DNA from: an uncultured Clostridia bacterium | Lineage (GTDB): Bacteria > Bacillota > Clostridia > TANB77 > CAG-508 | Length of the DNA stretch: 64,000 bases | Direction: 5' to 3' | NCBI GenBank assembly: GCA_963557785.1 | Contig: CAUWBF010000005.1 | Span: 10,312 to 74,311 of the forward strand | Shown here: positions 49,609-59,242 of the stretch, piece by piece | How the letters are laid out: each line of letters starts with the position of its first letter | Numbering within the stretch: position 1 is the first letter of the stretch | Notes under the pieces: model-generated | Told to the model about the DNA's origin: nothing | Seen by the model: only the letters and a program-made list of their open reading frames with translations | Databases searched by the model: none | Program-made: the position numbers and the translations under genes

Positions 49609-50544
49609 CTATTGCTCCTTTACATTATTTATATTTATAGCTAATTTTCCTTTTATTTCTCTTCTAAATTTTTCTGGATTTTGTTCATCATATTCTGGTA
49701 ATTCATACATAGCTTCTTCATCACACTTTTCAGTTTTACTTCTTGATATTTCATCTAAATCTCTTTTGCTAATTATAGTAGAGTTATTATTATCTTTTAG
49801 ATAACACAATCTTTTAAATAATTTTTCTAAATTAATGTTTAATATATATGGATTTATCTCAAGTGTATATTTAAATAAATCTATGTAGCTTATTCCTTCT
49901 CTTACTAGAAAATTTTCACTTATAATTGAAAACATTTTTATTTTTTTTACTGAATTTCTAAATATATGTGGAGTACTTTTTATTATTTCATTTGTATCTT
50001 CTTTAGTAATACCTTCTTGCAAATCTATTATCTCACATACAGGTTTTATTTTTTTATTTATGTCACTAGTCATTAATTTATTATCTTTAATAATCATTTT
50101 TATCAAGTCTTCTTTAGTAATATATCCTCTACTTCCTTCTGCTAATCCTTGATTTCTTTCTTTGCAAAATTCTAATAAATCTAACAATTTTAATACAAAT
50201 GTGTCTTTTGACATTTTTACATGTGGATTTTTAGACATATTACTGTATATAATTTCAATATCTGTTTTATTTATACCTTTATTTACTAATTCTTCAACTG
50301 CTTGTTTATATCGTTCTTCTCCTATAATCTTCTTTTGATTTCTTATACTAACTCTGTTTTTTCTGCAGTTTAATTTTAATTTGTTTTCAAATTCTTCTTT
50401 TTCCTTTGAATTTAATACTTCTAGTATATACTTTTTTAAAGTTTTTCTATCAATTTTAATTTCTTTAGCTACAGAACTTATTGAATCTCCATTCATTATC
50501 CTATTTCTTGCTTCAAGTAATTCTTCATTACTTAACTTTTTCAT
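49609..50544 (-). CDS. Hypothetical protein with N-terminal helix-turn-helix
   Basis: 311 aa. Residues about 15-40 (DSISSVAKEIKIDRKTLKKY) look like an HTH; the rest is unrecognised. Wedged between miaB and mutS (2 nt from mutS). Confidence 0.5.
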   Translation of the reverse strand: MKKLSNEELLEARNRIMNGDSISSVAKEIKIDRKTLKKYILEVLNSKEKEEFENKLKLNCRKNRVSIRNQKKIIGEERYKQAVEELVNKGINKTDIEIIYSNMSKNPHVKMSKDTFVLKLLDLLEFCKERNQGLAEGSRGYITKEDLIKMIIKDNKLMTSDINKKIKPVCEIIDLQEGITKEDTNEIIKSTPHIFRNSVKKIKMFSIISENFLVREGISYIDLFKYTLEINPYILNINLEKLFKRLCYLKDNNNSTIISKRDLDEISRSKTEKCDEEAMYELPEYDEQNPEKFRREIKGKLAININNVKEQ

Positions 50545-51955
50545 TTAAATCTCCCTTCAAATACCACATATGTTCTGATACAATTTTTATATCAATCATT
50601 TTGTTTATTAATTCTTCTTTTCCTTCGAATATTACAACTTTATTGCTATCTGTTCTTCCACTTAACATATTCGTATTGTTTTTGCTATATCCTTCGACTA
50701 ATACCTTTTGCATAGTTCCTACATATTTTTCATTATTTGATTGTATTTGACTTTCAACTAATGCCTTTAATCTATCAAATCTTTTATGTTTAATATCTTC
50801 TGGTATTTGATTTTCCATTCTATCTCCTGGAGTTCCTACTCTTCTAGAATAAATAAACATATATACTTGTTCAAAGTTTACTTTTCTTACAACATCTAAT
50901 GTGTCCTCAAAGTCTTCCTCTGTTTCTCCTGGGAAACCAACTATTATATCGGTAGATAATGTAAGGTTTGGTATCTCCTTTTTCATTTTCTTAACAAGTT
51001 CTAAATATGCTTCTTTAGTATATTTTCTGTTCATTATTTTTAATATATTACTACTTCCTGATTGTAACGGTAAATGTATTAATTTGCATACTTTGTCGCA
51101 ATCTCGTATTGCTTCTATTACGTCGTCTGTAAAATCCTTTGGATGAGGAGATACAAATCTAATTCTTTCTATTCCTTCAATTTTATTTATTTCTCTTAGT
51201 AATTTTGCAAACGAATCAATACCTTTATATTCTTCTATTTTTGCTTTTCTTATTCCTGTGTTTTCACTTCTTAAATATGAATTAACATTTTGTCCTAATA
51301 ATGTTATTTCTTTGTATCCTTCTTTCGCTAATTGTTCTACTTCTTCAATAATGTCTTTTGGATTTCTACTTCTTTCTCTTCCTCTTACATATGGTACTAT
51401 ACAATAACTACAGAAATTATTACATCCATTCATAATTGTAACAGAAGCCTTTATCTTGCTTTCTCTTTTAATTGGTAAGCCTTCATATACTTCTCCATCA
51501 ATATCTATTACATCTTTTATTTTTTCTCTTTTAGTTAGTATTTCATATAAGTCTTCTGGAAATTTTTGAAGTGTATGTGTTCCAAATATTATATCTACAA
51601 ATGGATAGCTTTGTTTTATTTTATCTGTAATATGCTTTTCTTGCATCATACATCCACCAATTGCTACAACTATATCTTTTTCTTCTTTTAGTTTTTTTAA
51701 TTCTCCTAATTTCCCAAAAAGCTTGTCCTCTGCATTTTCTCTTACGCAACATGTATTAAATAATGCTAAATCTGCTTTTTCATAATTTTCTGTTTTTGTA
51801 TATCCCATATTTTCTAACATTCCACAAAGTTTTTCAGAATCGTTTTCATTTAACTGGCATCCCATAGTTAGTATATTGTACTTTAGATTATTTCCTTTAT
51901 TTATTTCTTTTACTTTATCTATATATTCTATTTGTTTTTCGATTTCTTGTTTCAC
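50528..51955 (-). CDS. miaB: tRNA-2-methylthio-N6-dimethylallyladenosine synthase (radical SAM methylthiotransferase MiaB), GTG start
   Basis: MGCQLNENDSE UPF0004 N-domain cysteine, radical-SAM CxxxCxxC (CNNFCSYC), TRAM C-domain. ggaggg plus 8 nt before GTG. Confidence 0.85.
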   Translation of the reverse strand: MKQEIEKQIEYIDKVKEINKGNNLKYNILTMGCQLNENDSEKLCGMLENMGYTKTENYEKADLALFNTCCVRENAEDKLFGKLGELKKLKEEKDIVVAIGGCMMQEKHITDKIKQSYPFVDIIFGTHTLQKFPEDLYEILTKREKIKDVIDIDGEVYEGLPIKRESKIKASVTIMNGCNNFCSYCIVPYVRGRERSRNPKDIIEEVEQLAKEGYKEITLLGQNVNSYLRSENTGIRKAKIEEYKGIDSFAKLLREINKIEGIERIRFVSPHPKDFTDDVIEAIRDCDKVCKLIHLPLQSGSSNILKIMNRKYTKEAYLELVKKMKKEIPNLTLSTDIIVGFPGETEEDFEDTLDVVRKVNFEQVYMFIYSRRVGTPGDRMENQIPEDIKHKRFDRLKALVESQIQSNNEKYVGTMQKVLVEGYSKNNTNMLSGRTDSNKVVIFEGKEELINKMIDIKIVSEHMWYLKGDLNEKVK

Positions 51956-52019
51956 TTATTAAACCCTCCAATTTTGATATAATTTTATTATATTTATCCG
52001 CCTTTTTCAAGTGTTTTTA

Positions 52020-52058
52020 GGGATTATAGGCAAAAAAATAAAGCAACTTTAAGTTGCT
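52020..52058. terminator. Terminator after rpmE (aaagcaactt-aa-agttgcttt)
   Basis: 10-bp stem flanked by A7/T-run, about 10 nt after the rpmE stop. Confidence 0.65.
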
Positions 52059-52065
52059 TTTATTT

Positions 52066-52266
52066 TTATTGAATTCCATATTTCTTTTTGAATTTATCTG
52101 CTCTACCACCTGTTGTATCTTTTCTTAAATTACCTGTCCAGAATGGATGACATTTAGAACATACATCAACTTTCATTTCTGATTTTGTTGAATTTGTTTC
52201 TATTACGTTTCCACATGCACATGTTATTGTTGATTCTGTATAGTTTGGATGTATTCCTTCTCTCAT
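52066..52266 (-). CDS. rpmE: 50S ribosomal protein L31 (zinc-binding type A)
   Basis: 66 aa, CxC...CxxC zinc ribbon (CACG...CSKCH), HPFWTG motif. Confidence 0.9.
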   Translation of the reverse strand: MREGIHPNYTESTITCACGNVIETNSTKSEMKVDVCSKCHPFWTGNLRKDTTGGRADKFKKKYGIQ

Positions 52267-52354
52267 TTAAGTTCACCTCTTCCTTATTTTCATAAAAAAC
52301 GCTATTTATAATAATATCATACTTTATTTGTTTTTTCAATACTATAATTTAAAT

Positions 52355-52525
52355 TTATTTGTTTTGTTCTGCTTCTTCATCATATTTTTGTTCTTGAACA
52401 TATAAAGCTGATGCTTCTAACTCGTCTCTTACGGATGCTTTTGATACAATTTTTATAACTATATTAAATAGACAAGCTATTACTACTACTATAAGTCCTA
52501 CTTTCTGCCAATATTTAGCTATCAT
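52355..52525 (-). CDS. Possible small membrane protein (56 aa; one TM helix plus acidic tail); below ORF-track cut-off
   Basis: Translation MIAKYWQKVGLIVVVIACLFNIVIKIVSKASVRDELEASALYVQEQKYDEEAEQNK. Weak SD agaaggg. Lies in an otherwise empty 316-nt gap upstream of rpmE. Confidence 0.35.
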   Translation of the reverse strand: MIAKYWQKVGLIVVVIACLFNIVIKIVSKASVRDELEASALYVQEQKYDEEAEQNK

Positions 52526-52649
52526 ATACACCCTTCTTTCTTTTTTAACTCATAGCAATATTATACTCTACTTATCTCATTTTTGTCAATATTTATTGTT
52601 TTTTTGGGAATACTACACCTTATATCAATTAAAGGAGTATTTTTTATTA

Positions 52650-53338
52650 TGAAAAAATTTTTATGTATAATTTTAATAATTATTATAGCCATTTTTTTAT
52701 TTTTTTATTTTTCACATTCAAATAACAAATCTGATAATAATAATATAACAAATACTAATAATACTACCAATAATTCTAATAATAGTAATAATTCTAATAC
52801 TAACTCTACTGAGCAAAATAATTTAGATATAAGTAGAATTTCTCAGAATCAAACTGTAAATGAAATTAATCCTTCTACAACAGAAGAAGAAATTTCTAAA
52901 TTTTCCACAAAAATTTATACGAAAGATTCCAGTAGACAAAATAACTTATCAATTACTTGTTCCGCTTTAAATGGACATGTGGTTAAGTCTCATGAAACAT
53001 TTTCTTTTACTCAAACTATAGGTCCTTCTACATCTTCTAAAGGCTATCAAGAAGCTGATATTTTTGATTCAAACGGAAATAAGAAGAAAGGATTTGGTGG
53101 TGGTAATTGTCAAGTTAGTAGTACTTTATATAATGCTGTTTTAAATACTTCTGGTTTAACTGTTGTAGAAAGACACGAACATAGCAACAAAGTACCTTAC
53201 GTTCCTACTGGAAAAGATGCTGCTGTAGCATATGGGAGTGTAGATTTCAAATTTAGAAATGATAATGATTTTGATATAAAAATTAATTCTTCTACAGATG
53301 GAAATAATGTATATATAACATTACTAAAAATTCAATAA
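52650..53338 (+). CDS. VanW-family protein with Asn/Ser-rich low-complexity linker
   Basis: C-terminal GFGGGNCQVSSTLYNA matches the VanW core. N-terminal TM, then (N/S/T)n tract. Start set at MKKFL with aaaggag SD (ORF track begins 22 codons upstream). Confidence 0.7.
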
Positions 53339-53393
53339 TTATTCTAAATTTTATATACCTGAATATATTTTTATTATATTGGAGGTATATCTT

Positions 53394-54617
53394 ATGAAAT
53401 TTTATAAAAATATTATAAATATATTTATTATATTGCTAATGCTATTTTATTTACTAATTCCTATATCTTATGGTTTTTCTGATTTTCCTGTATGGAATAG
53501 TAATATTTCTTCTACATTTATAGAAACTTCTGCTACTCCTTCTGTTTCTCTTGAATTAGAATCTGAATCTGCTATTCTAATTGAACAAAATAGTGGTCAA
53601 ATACTATATGAACATAATATTCATGAGCAATTACGTCCTGCCAGTGTTACTAAAATAATGAGTATTTTACTTATTATGGAACAGATTGATTCTGGAAAGC
53701 TTTTATATACTGATAAAATTACTTGTAGTGAAAATGCTACTTCTATGGGTGGTTCTCAGATATGGCTTGATAGTACAGAACAATTAACTGTAGATGAAAT
53801 GCTAAAGGCCATTTGTGTTGTTTCTGCAAATGATTGCGTTGTAGCTTTAGCAGAACATATTGCTGGAACTCAAAGTGCTTTTGTTAATATGATGAATGAT
53901 AAAGCTAAAGAACTTGGCATGAATGATACTGTGTTTAAGAATTGTCATGGCTTAGATGAAGATGGTCATCTAACTTCTAGTTATGATATAGCACTCATGT
54001 CTAGAGAACTTCTTACCAAGCATCCTGATATTATTAAATATACGACAATTTATATGGACAGTCTAAGAGATGGTAAATCTCAATTAGTTAATACTAATAA
54101 ATTAATTAGAACTTATAATGGTATCACTGGTCTTAAAACAGGTTCAACCTCTCTTGCATTATATAATTTGTCTGCTTCTGCTACTCGTGACAATTTGTCT
54201 CTTATCGCTGTTATTATGAAAGCGCCTTCTACTAAAGTAAGATTTGCTGAAGCAAAATTATTATTAGATTATGGTTTTAATAATTATAGCTATTATAAGT
54301 TTGGAAATAAGAATGATGTTGTAAAAAACATATCTGTTAGTAAAGGAACTGTTGACAATGTCGATGTAGTTATCGATTCCGACTGTGGTACTTTGCTTGC
54401 TAAAGGAACTGAAAAAGAAGTAGTTCAAAATATAAATCTTCCAAATAATATTTCTGCTCCTATAGAAAAAGGTCAAATCATTGGTACTATAACATATTCT
54501 CTTAATGATAATGTAATTGGCAGAGCAAATATTGTTTCTAGTTCTGATATTGATAAATTAAATATATTTACGATATTTAAAAAAGTCTTTAATACTTGGA
54601 TTAATTTATCTGCATAA
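53394..54617 (+). CDS. D-alanyl-D-alanine carboxypeptidase (serine-type, PBP5/DacB-like)
   Basis: SVTKIM (SxxK), SAND (SxN) and KTGST (KTG) motifs in order. Signal peptide. Start set at MKFYKN with ggagg SD. Confidence 0.85.
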   Translation: MKFYKNIINIFIILLMLFYLLIPISYGFSDFPVWNSNISSTFIETSATPSVSLELESESAILIEQNSGQILYEHNIHEQLRPASVTKIMSILLIMEQIDSGKLLYTDKITCSENATSMGGSQIWLDSTEQLTVDEMLKAICVVSANDCVVALAEHIAGTQSAFVNMMNDKAKELGMNDTVFKNCHGLDEDGHLTSSYDIALMSRELLTKHPDIIKYTTIYMDSLRDGKSQLVNTNKLIRTYNGITGLKTGSTSLALYNLSASATRDNLSLIAVIMKAPSTKVRFAEAKLLLDYGFNNYSYYKFGNKNDVVKNISVSKGTVDNVDVVIDSDCGTLLAKGTEKEVVQNINLPNNISAPIEKGQIIGTITYSLNDNVIGRANIVSSSDIDKLNIFTIFKKVFNTWINLSA

Positions 54618-54618
54618 A

Positions 54619-54650
54619 AAAATAGGCTATATTTGCCTATTTTTTTCTTT
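54619..54650. terminator. Bidirectional terminator between convergent dacB-like and fbp genes (aataggc-tatattt-gcctatt)
   Basis: 7-bp stem flanked by A7 and T8. Confidence 0.6.
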
Positions 54651-56600
54651 TATAATTCCATTTTTATATGCATCTAATAATTTATTTAAATCTTCTATCT
54701 GTTCTACTAAATCATTTCCTTTATCTGTATCTATTATTTTCTTTCTTTCTACCTTTTCAACAATTTGCTTAGTTGAATGTAAATCTAGTTCATCTTTTAT
54801 CGCATCTTCAGTAGAAGTAAAGGTTTCATGTGCTGCTAATATAAGTCCATATGAATTATATATTAAAGTATATCCAGCTATTCCTGTAGTCTTTTGATAA
54901 GACTTTGATAAGCCTCCATCTATTATTAACATTTTACCATTTGCTCTTATTGGTGATTCACCTGCTTTAAATTTTACCGGTATATGTCCACATATTATAT
55001 GTCCCTTATCCTCGTCTAATCCAAACTCCTTTAAAATTTTAACACAATATTCCTCATCCTTTGAAAAAGTATAAAATGGATTTTTATTTTCTTTCCAAGT
55101 TGTTTCTTCTTCTAAGAAATATCTTTCAAAAGTTTTCATAGCATCTTTACAAAATATTGGTGAATTAGGTCCACACCACAAATACCAAAGATAGTCCATT
55201 GCATTTTCTTTTTCTATTGTATTTTCATCTGCAAAATATGCTTGCCTTGATATTCTATCTATTCTATCTAAAAATTCTTTTCCTTGTACAATTTCTCCTT
55301 CTATTTCTACTTGAGTAAATTGTCCTTCTTCATCCATTGGAACGCAACCATGTATTAATAAATTATCATTATAAATTTTATACAAGCTTCCTTTACTGTA
55401 TAAGAAATTAACATGCCTTTGTAATTTTTCACTGTTTCTAAATGCTTTTATTAGTTTATTTACTACTTCTTCTTCCTTAGTTGTTAGCTTGTATGGATTT
55501 TCTGCATCGATACTTGGGAAATTATTATCTAATAATTTATATTTATCTTTTCCTATTTCTATTTTTCCATTTCTATAGTTGATTTTATCTAATAATAGTC
55601 TATCATCCATTTTATATTCCGGATGTTTTTTTATTAGTTGACCTTCTAATTTAAATTGAATTATAGTAGCAGCTTTTTGAGTTTTACTTAGTAATTCTGT
55701 ACTAAATTCACTTTTGTTTCCATCTTGTATATGAGGCATAAATCTCTTGCAATCATCATTTGCATATTCTTCCATTGCAAATTCTGTTATAGTTCTTATA
55801 TTAATTCCATATCCATCTTCTAATATGTCTAAATTATCATATCTTGCACATATTCTAATAACATTAAAAATACAAGCTGGATTTCCACATGCTGCTCCCA
55901 TCCAAATAATATCATGATTTCCCCATTCTATATCTATAGAATGATAATTCATTAGCTTATCCATTATTATATGTGGACCTGGGCCTCTATCATAAATGTC
56001 TCCAATTATATGTAAGTGATCTATTGCTAGTTGTTGTATTAAATTTGATATTGCTATTATAAATACTTCAGCCCTGTCTAGTTTTATTATTGAATCTATA
56101 ATTTGATTATAATAAAACTCTTTATCTGTTATATTTTGATTTGCATGTAATAGTTCATCTATTATATATTCATAACTTTTAGGCATAGCTTTTCTAACTT
56201 TTGATCTACTATACTTTGACGCTATAACTCTACATATTTCTATAAGTCTATATAAAGTTATTTTATAATATTCATTTAAATCCTTCGTTTCTTTTTTGAT
56301 TAATTCTAATTTTTCTTCTGGGTAATATATAAGAGTAGCTAATTTTTTTCTTTCATCATTTGTCATTGAGTTACCAAATATTTCATCTATCTTTGTTTTT
56401 ATAACCCCTGAAGCATTTTTTAAAATATGTAAGAAAGATTCATATTCGCCATGTAAATCACTTAAAAAGTGTTCTGTTCCTTTTGGTAAATTTAGAATTG
56501 CTTTTAAATTTATTATTTCTGTACATACTTCTTGTATATTTGAAAATTTTTCTGATAGTAATTCCAAATATTTTAATTCTTTTTCATTATAATTCTCCAT
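54627..56600 (-). CDS. fbp: Fructose-1,6-bisphosphatase class 3 (Firmicute Fbp/YydE type)
   Basis: 657 aa. HIIGDIYDRGPGP and WGNHDIIWMGAA metallophosphatase motifs as in B. subtilis Fbp. Confidence 0.9.
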   Translation of the reverse strand: MENYNEKELKYLELLSEKFSNIQEVCTEIINLKAILNLPKGTEHFLSDLHGEYESFLHILKNASGVIKTKIDEIFGNSMTNDERKKLATLIYYPEEKLELIKKETKDLNEYYKITLYRLIEICRVIASKYSRSKVRKAMPKSYEYIIDELLHANQNITDKEFYYNQIIDSIIKLDRAEVFIIAISNLIQQLAIDHLHIIGDIYDRGPGPHIIMDKLMNYHSIDIEWGNHDIIWMGAACGNPACIFNVIRICARYDNLDILEDGYGINIRTITEFAMEEYANDDCKRFMPHIQDGNKSEFSTELLSKTQKAATIIQFKLEGQLIKKHPEYKMDDRLLLDKINYRNGKIEIGKDKYKLLDNNFPSIDAENPYKLTTKEEEVVNKLIKAFRNSEKLQRHVNFLYSKGSLYKIYNDNLLIHGCVPMDEEGQFTQVEIEGEIVQGKEFLDRIDRISRQAYFADENTIEKENAMDYLWYLWCGPNSPIFCKDAMKTFERYFLEEETTWKENKNPFYTFSKDEEYCVKILKEFGLDEDKGHIICGHIPVKFKAGESPIRANGKMLIIDGGLSKSYQKTTGIAGYTLIYNSYGLILAAHETFTSTEDAIKDELDLHSTKQIVEKVERKKIIDTDKGNDLVEQIEDLNKLLDAYKNGIIKEKNRQI

Positions 56601-56664
56601 TATAATACCTCGTTTCCTATTTATGCATGCAATTATATCATATTTATACTTATTTGTATATAAC

Positions 56665-56705
56665 GCAAAAAGAGTGCAGAATTCTTAAACTATCTGCACT
56701 CTTTA
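56665..56705 (-). terminator. Terminator after rubrerythrin (agagtgcaga...tctgcactct)
   Basis: 10-bp stem, about 15-nt loop, T-run after on the minus strand. Confidence 0.6.
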
Positions 56706-56710
56706 TTTTA

Positions 56711-57250
56711 TTAATAATTTTCAGCTTTTATTTCAAAGAATGATTGAGGATGATTACATACTGGACATACTCCAGGAGCTTCTTTTCCTATGCAAATGTG
56801 TCCACAATTTCTACATTTCCATATTTTATCTCCATCTTTAGAAAATACTAATCCATCTTCTACATTAGCTAATAATTTTCTATATCTTTCTTCGTGTTCT
56901 TTTTCGATTTTTCCTACTGCTTCGAATAAATACGCAATTTTGTCGAATCCTTCTTCTTTAGCTTCTTTAGCCATTCTATCATACATATCTGTCCATTCAA
57001 AGTTTTCACCTTCAGCTGCGTCTTTTAAATTTTCTGTTGTTGATGGTACATCTCCATCGTGTAATAATTTAAACCATAATTTAGCATGTTCTTTTTCATT
57101 ATCAGCTGTTTCTAAGAATAAACTAGCTATTTGTTCATATCCTTCTTTTTTTGCTTTGCTTGCATAATAAGTATATTTATTTCTTGCTTGTGATTCCCCT
57201 GCAAAAGCCTCCATTAAATTCTTCTCTGTTTTTGATCCTTTTAATTCCAT
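56711..57250 (-). CDS. rbr: Rubrerythrin (ferritin-like diiron domain plus C-terminal rubredoxin-like CxxC..CxxC)
   Basis: EKEHAKLW / EKEHEERY diiron motifs and CRNCGH...CPVCNH rubredoxin fold. Confidence 0.9.
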   Translation of the reverse strand: MELKGSKTEKNLMEAFAGESQARNKYTYYASKAKKEGYEQIASLFLETADNEKEHAKLWFKLLHDGDVPSTTENLKDAAEGENFEWTDMYDRMAKEAKEEGFDKIAYLFEAVGKIEKEHEERYRKLLANVEDGLVFSKDGDKIWKCRNCGHICIGKEAPGVCPVCNHPQSFFEIKAENY

Positions 57251-57273
57251 TAGTATATACCTCCATTTTTATT

Positions 57274-57660
57274 TTAGCTATTTTTACATTTCTCACAGAT
57301 TCCATGAATTATTATATTTGGATTTTCTGATACAATAAATTTCTCATGCTCTTCTAAATATTTTTTAGTTTCATTTAGTTGTACATCGTATTCAAAGTCA
57401 AATACTTTTCCACATACATCACATATAGCATGATTATGATTGTTTCTAATATAGTCAAACCTATCTGCAGAATTTTTTATTGGTATTTTTATTATCATAC
57501 CTTTTTCTACTAATAAATTAAGATTTCTATATATAGTTCCTCTACTTGCTGTTGAATTATTTTCTTTTAATTTATTATAGATATCTTCTGCTGTAGGATG
57601 ATTATAGGAATTCATTAAAATTTCTAATATTTCATTTCTCTGTTTAGAATTTTTTTCCAT
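57274..57660 (-). CDS. perR: Fur-family transcriptional regulator (PerR-like given rubrerythrin neighbour)
   Basis: DNA-binding helix TASRGTIYRNLNLL, HNHAICDVCG and CEKC zinc motifs. Start set at MEKNSKQ (ATG after aagaaagg), 25 codons inside the ORF-track start, because a promoter-like TATAAT and a perfect palindrome occupy the upstream part. Confidence 0.75.
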   Translation of the reverse strand: MEKNSKQRNEILEILMNSYNHPTAEDIYNKLKENNSTASRGTIYRNLNLLVEKGMIIKIPIKNSADRFDYIRNNHNHAICDVCGKVFDFEYDVQLNETKKYLEEHEKFIVSENPNIIIHGICEKCKNS

Positions 57661-57679
57661 TTTGTAATAGCCTTTCTTA

Positions 57680-57700
57680 AAATAGGAATAATTCCTATTT
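57680..57700. promoter_or_regulatory. Perfect 10-1-10 palindrome aaataggaat-a-attcctattt immediately upstream of the Fur-family gene SD; candidate autoregulatory operator
   Basis: 21-bp perfect dyad located between a TATAAT (minus strand) and the SD of the regulator gene. Confidence 0.5.
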
Positions 57701-57763
57701 TTGTAAATTATATCAATATGCAAAAATAAAATCAAGTAAATACTAAAAAAACTTCACTAAATT

Positions 57764-58612
57764 TTAGTGAAGTTCTTCATTTTTTGTATTTTTGTATAAG
57801 ATAAGATTTGCAGTAATTATTAATATAATTCCTATTATTAAAACTACAATTCCGTTAGTTAATATATTATTCATAATACTATGTAATATATTTCTTAATG
57901 TTATTGAAAATCCATTATTAAGAACTGTTATGTAGTCTATTTTTACTTTTGAATTCACAATAAAATTAACTACTATGTAAAATATACCTGTTGATGATAA
58001 TACTATTCCTATTTGTGCAATTCCTCTTAATATATTTTTCATATTTAATAATAGTAGTAATATTACTAGAATAACATCTACAATTATTGCTACTGTTTTT
58101 ATTTTTGATGAATATCTTATAATTTTAGTTAATACTTTATTTATACTGGTTTCATATTTGGTATGAATAATTGTATCTTTATATTCCTCTGTAATCTTAT
58201 TTATAAATTGAGTAATTGATTTCTTTGTAGAATCTGATATTTTTTGTCCAGATAGAGAATTATATATATTTTTTTCTAGTCTTTCTTCTATTTTACTAAT
58301 ATCGACTTCTGTAACTTCTTTGTTATTATAAATATTATTAATTATTTGTATTGTATCAGATTTAATATCCTCTTCTGATATTATACCTTTAATTACATCT
58401 TCATCTAGTCCTGATTGATATATATAATTTTCAAAGTTTGATTCTACTTGATTATATACATTATTATAATAATTAGTTTCTTCTATTTTTCCTAAAATAT
58501 AGTCTTTATTTAGAATCGTAGAAGTTAATACTTTTACTGCAAGTGTCAATATTATAGATATAATTAAAAGAATTATTACTATGTATTTTATAATATTTGA
58601 TATTATTTTCAC
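57764..58612 (-). CDS. Hypothetical polytopic membrane protein, GTG start
   Basis: 282 aa. N-terminal TM, long charged coiled region, 3-4 C-terminal TM helices. ggaggag SD before GTG. Downstream of, and co-oriented with, the sortase/substrate pair. Confidence 0.5.
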   Translation of the reverse strand: MKIISNIIKYIVIILLIISIILTLAVKVLTSTILNKDYILGKIEETNYYNNVYNQVESNFENYIYQSGLDEDVIKGIISEEDIKSDTIQIINNIYNNKEVTEVDISKIEERLEKNIYNSLSGQKISDSTKKSITQFINKITEEYKDTIIHTKYETSINKVLTKIIRYSSKIKTVAIIVDVILVILLLLLNMKNILRGIAQIGIVLSSTGIFYIVVNFIVNSKVKIDYITVLNNGFSITLRNILHSIMNNILTNGIVVLIIGIILIITANLILYKNTKNEELH

Positions 58613-58624
58613 TTTATTCTCCTC

Positions 58625-59236
58625 CTACTTTTCTAATTCTGCATATACAACATATCTTTGAGTTGCATAACCCACATTGTTAAATGGATAGCATGTATAT
58701 ACCATTAAAATTTCTTTTTCTTTTTGAATTGGCACTTTGTCTAATTCTGTTTCTTTAATTAATTGCATATCATATATTTTATATTTATATACTCCATAAC
58801 TTGTTGTTACTGTTATCTCATTTCCTACTTGTAGCTCAGAAAATCTTCTAAATACCTTTCTAGAGTTATGTCCCATATATACTATACTTCCACCTTCTCC
58901 TGGGAAGTAACTACCACTTGAATGTCCTACACCTTTTTTTAAGATCTCAAGAGTATCTCCAAAGTATACTGGTAGGTTTACATCAATTTTAGGTATTTCA
59001 ATTGTTGCATATTGCGTTCCATATTCTGGGTAGTTTATTAATTTTTTTTCTTGTTCATTAATTACTGTTTCAGCTGTTTCTTCTTTATTACTAATATCTA
59101 TTGATACTTTATTTACCAATGAAAAGGCTTCACTTATTTTTTGCCCATAAAGTAAGTTTATGCCTTCCAACAAAATTGTTATAATTAAAAAAGCAACTAT
59201 TACGTCTATAATAGTTGCTTTTAATACTTTAACCAA
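58625..59236 (-). CDS. Sortase (small, N-terminally anchored), TTG start
   Basis: Catalytic TLxTC-like motif MVYTCYP near the C-terminus, conserved His in IVYMGHNS, Arg downstream. 203 aa. Confidence 0.75.
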   Translation of the reverse strand: MVKVLKATIIDVIVAFLIITILLEGINLLYGQKISEAFSLVNKVSIDISNKEETAETVINEQEKKLINYPEYGTQYATIEIPKIDVNLPVYFGDTLEILKKGVGHSSGSYFPGEGGSIVYMGHNSRKVFRRFSELQVGNEITVTTSYGVYKYKIYDMQLIKETELDKVPIQKEKEILMVYTCYPFNNVGYATQRYVVYAELEK

Positions 59237-59242
59237 TTTAAA

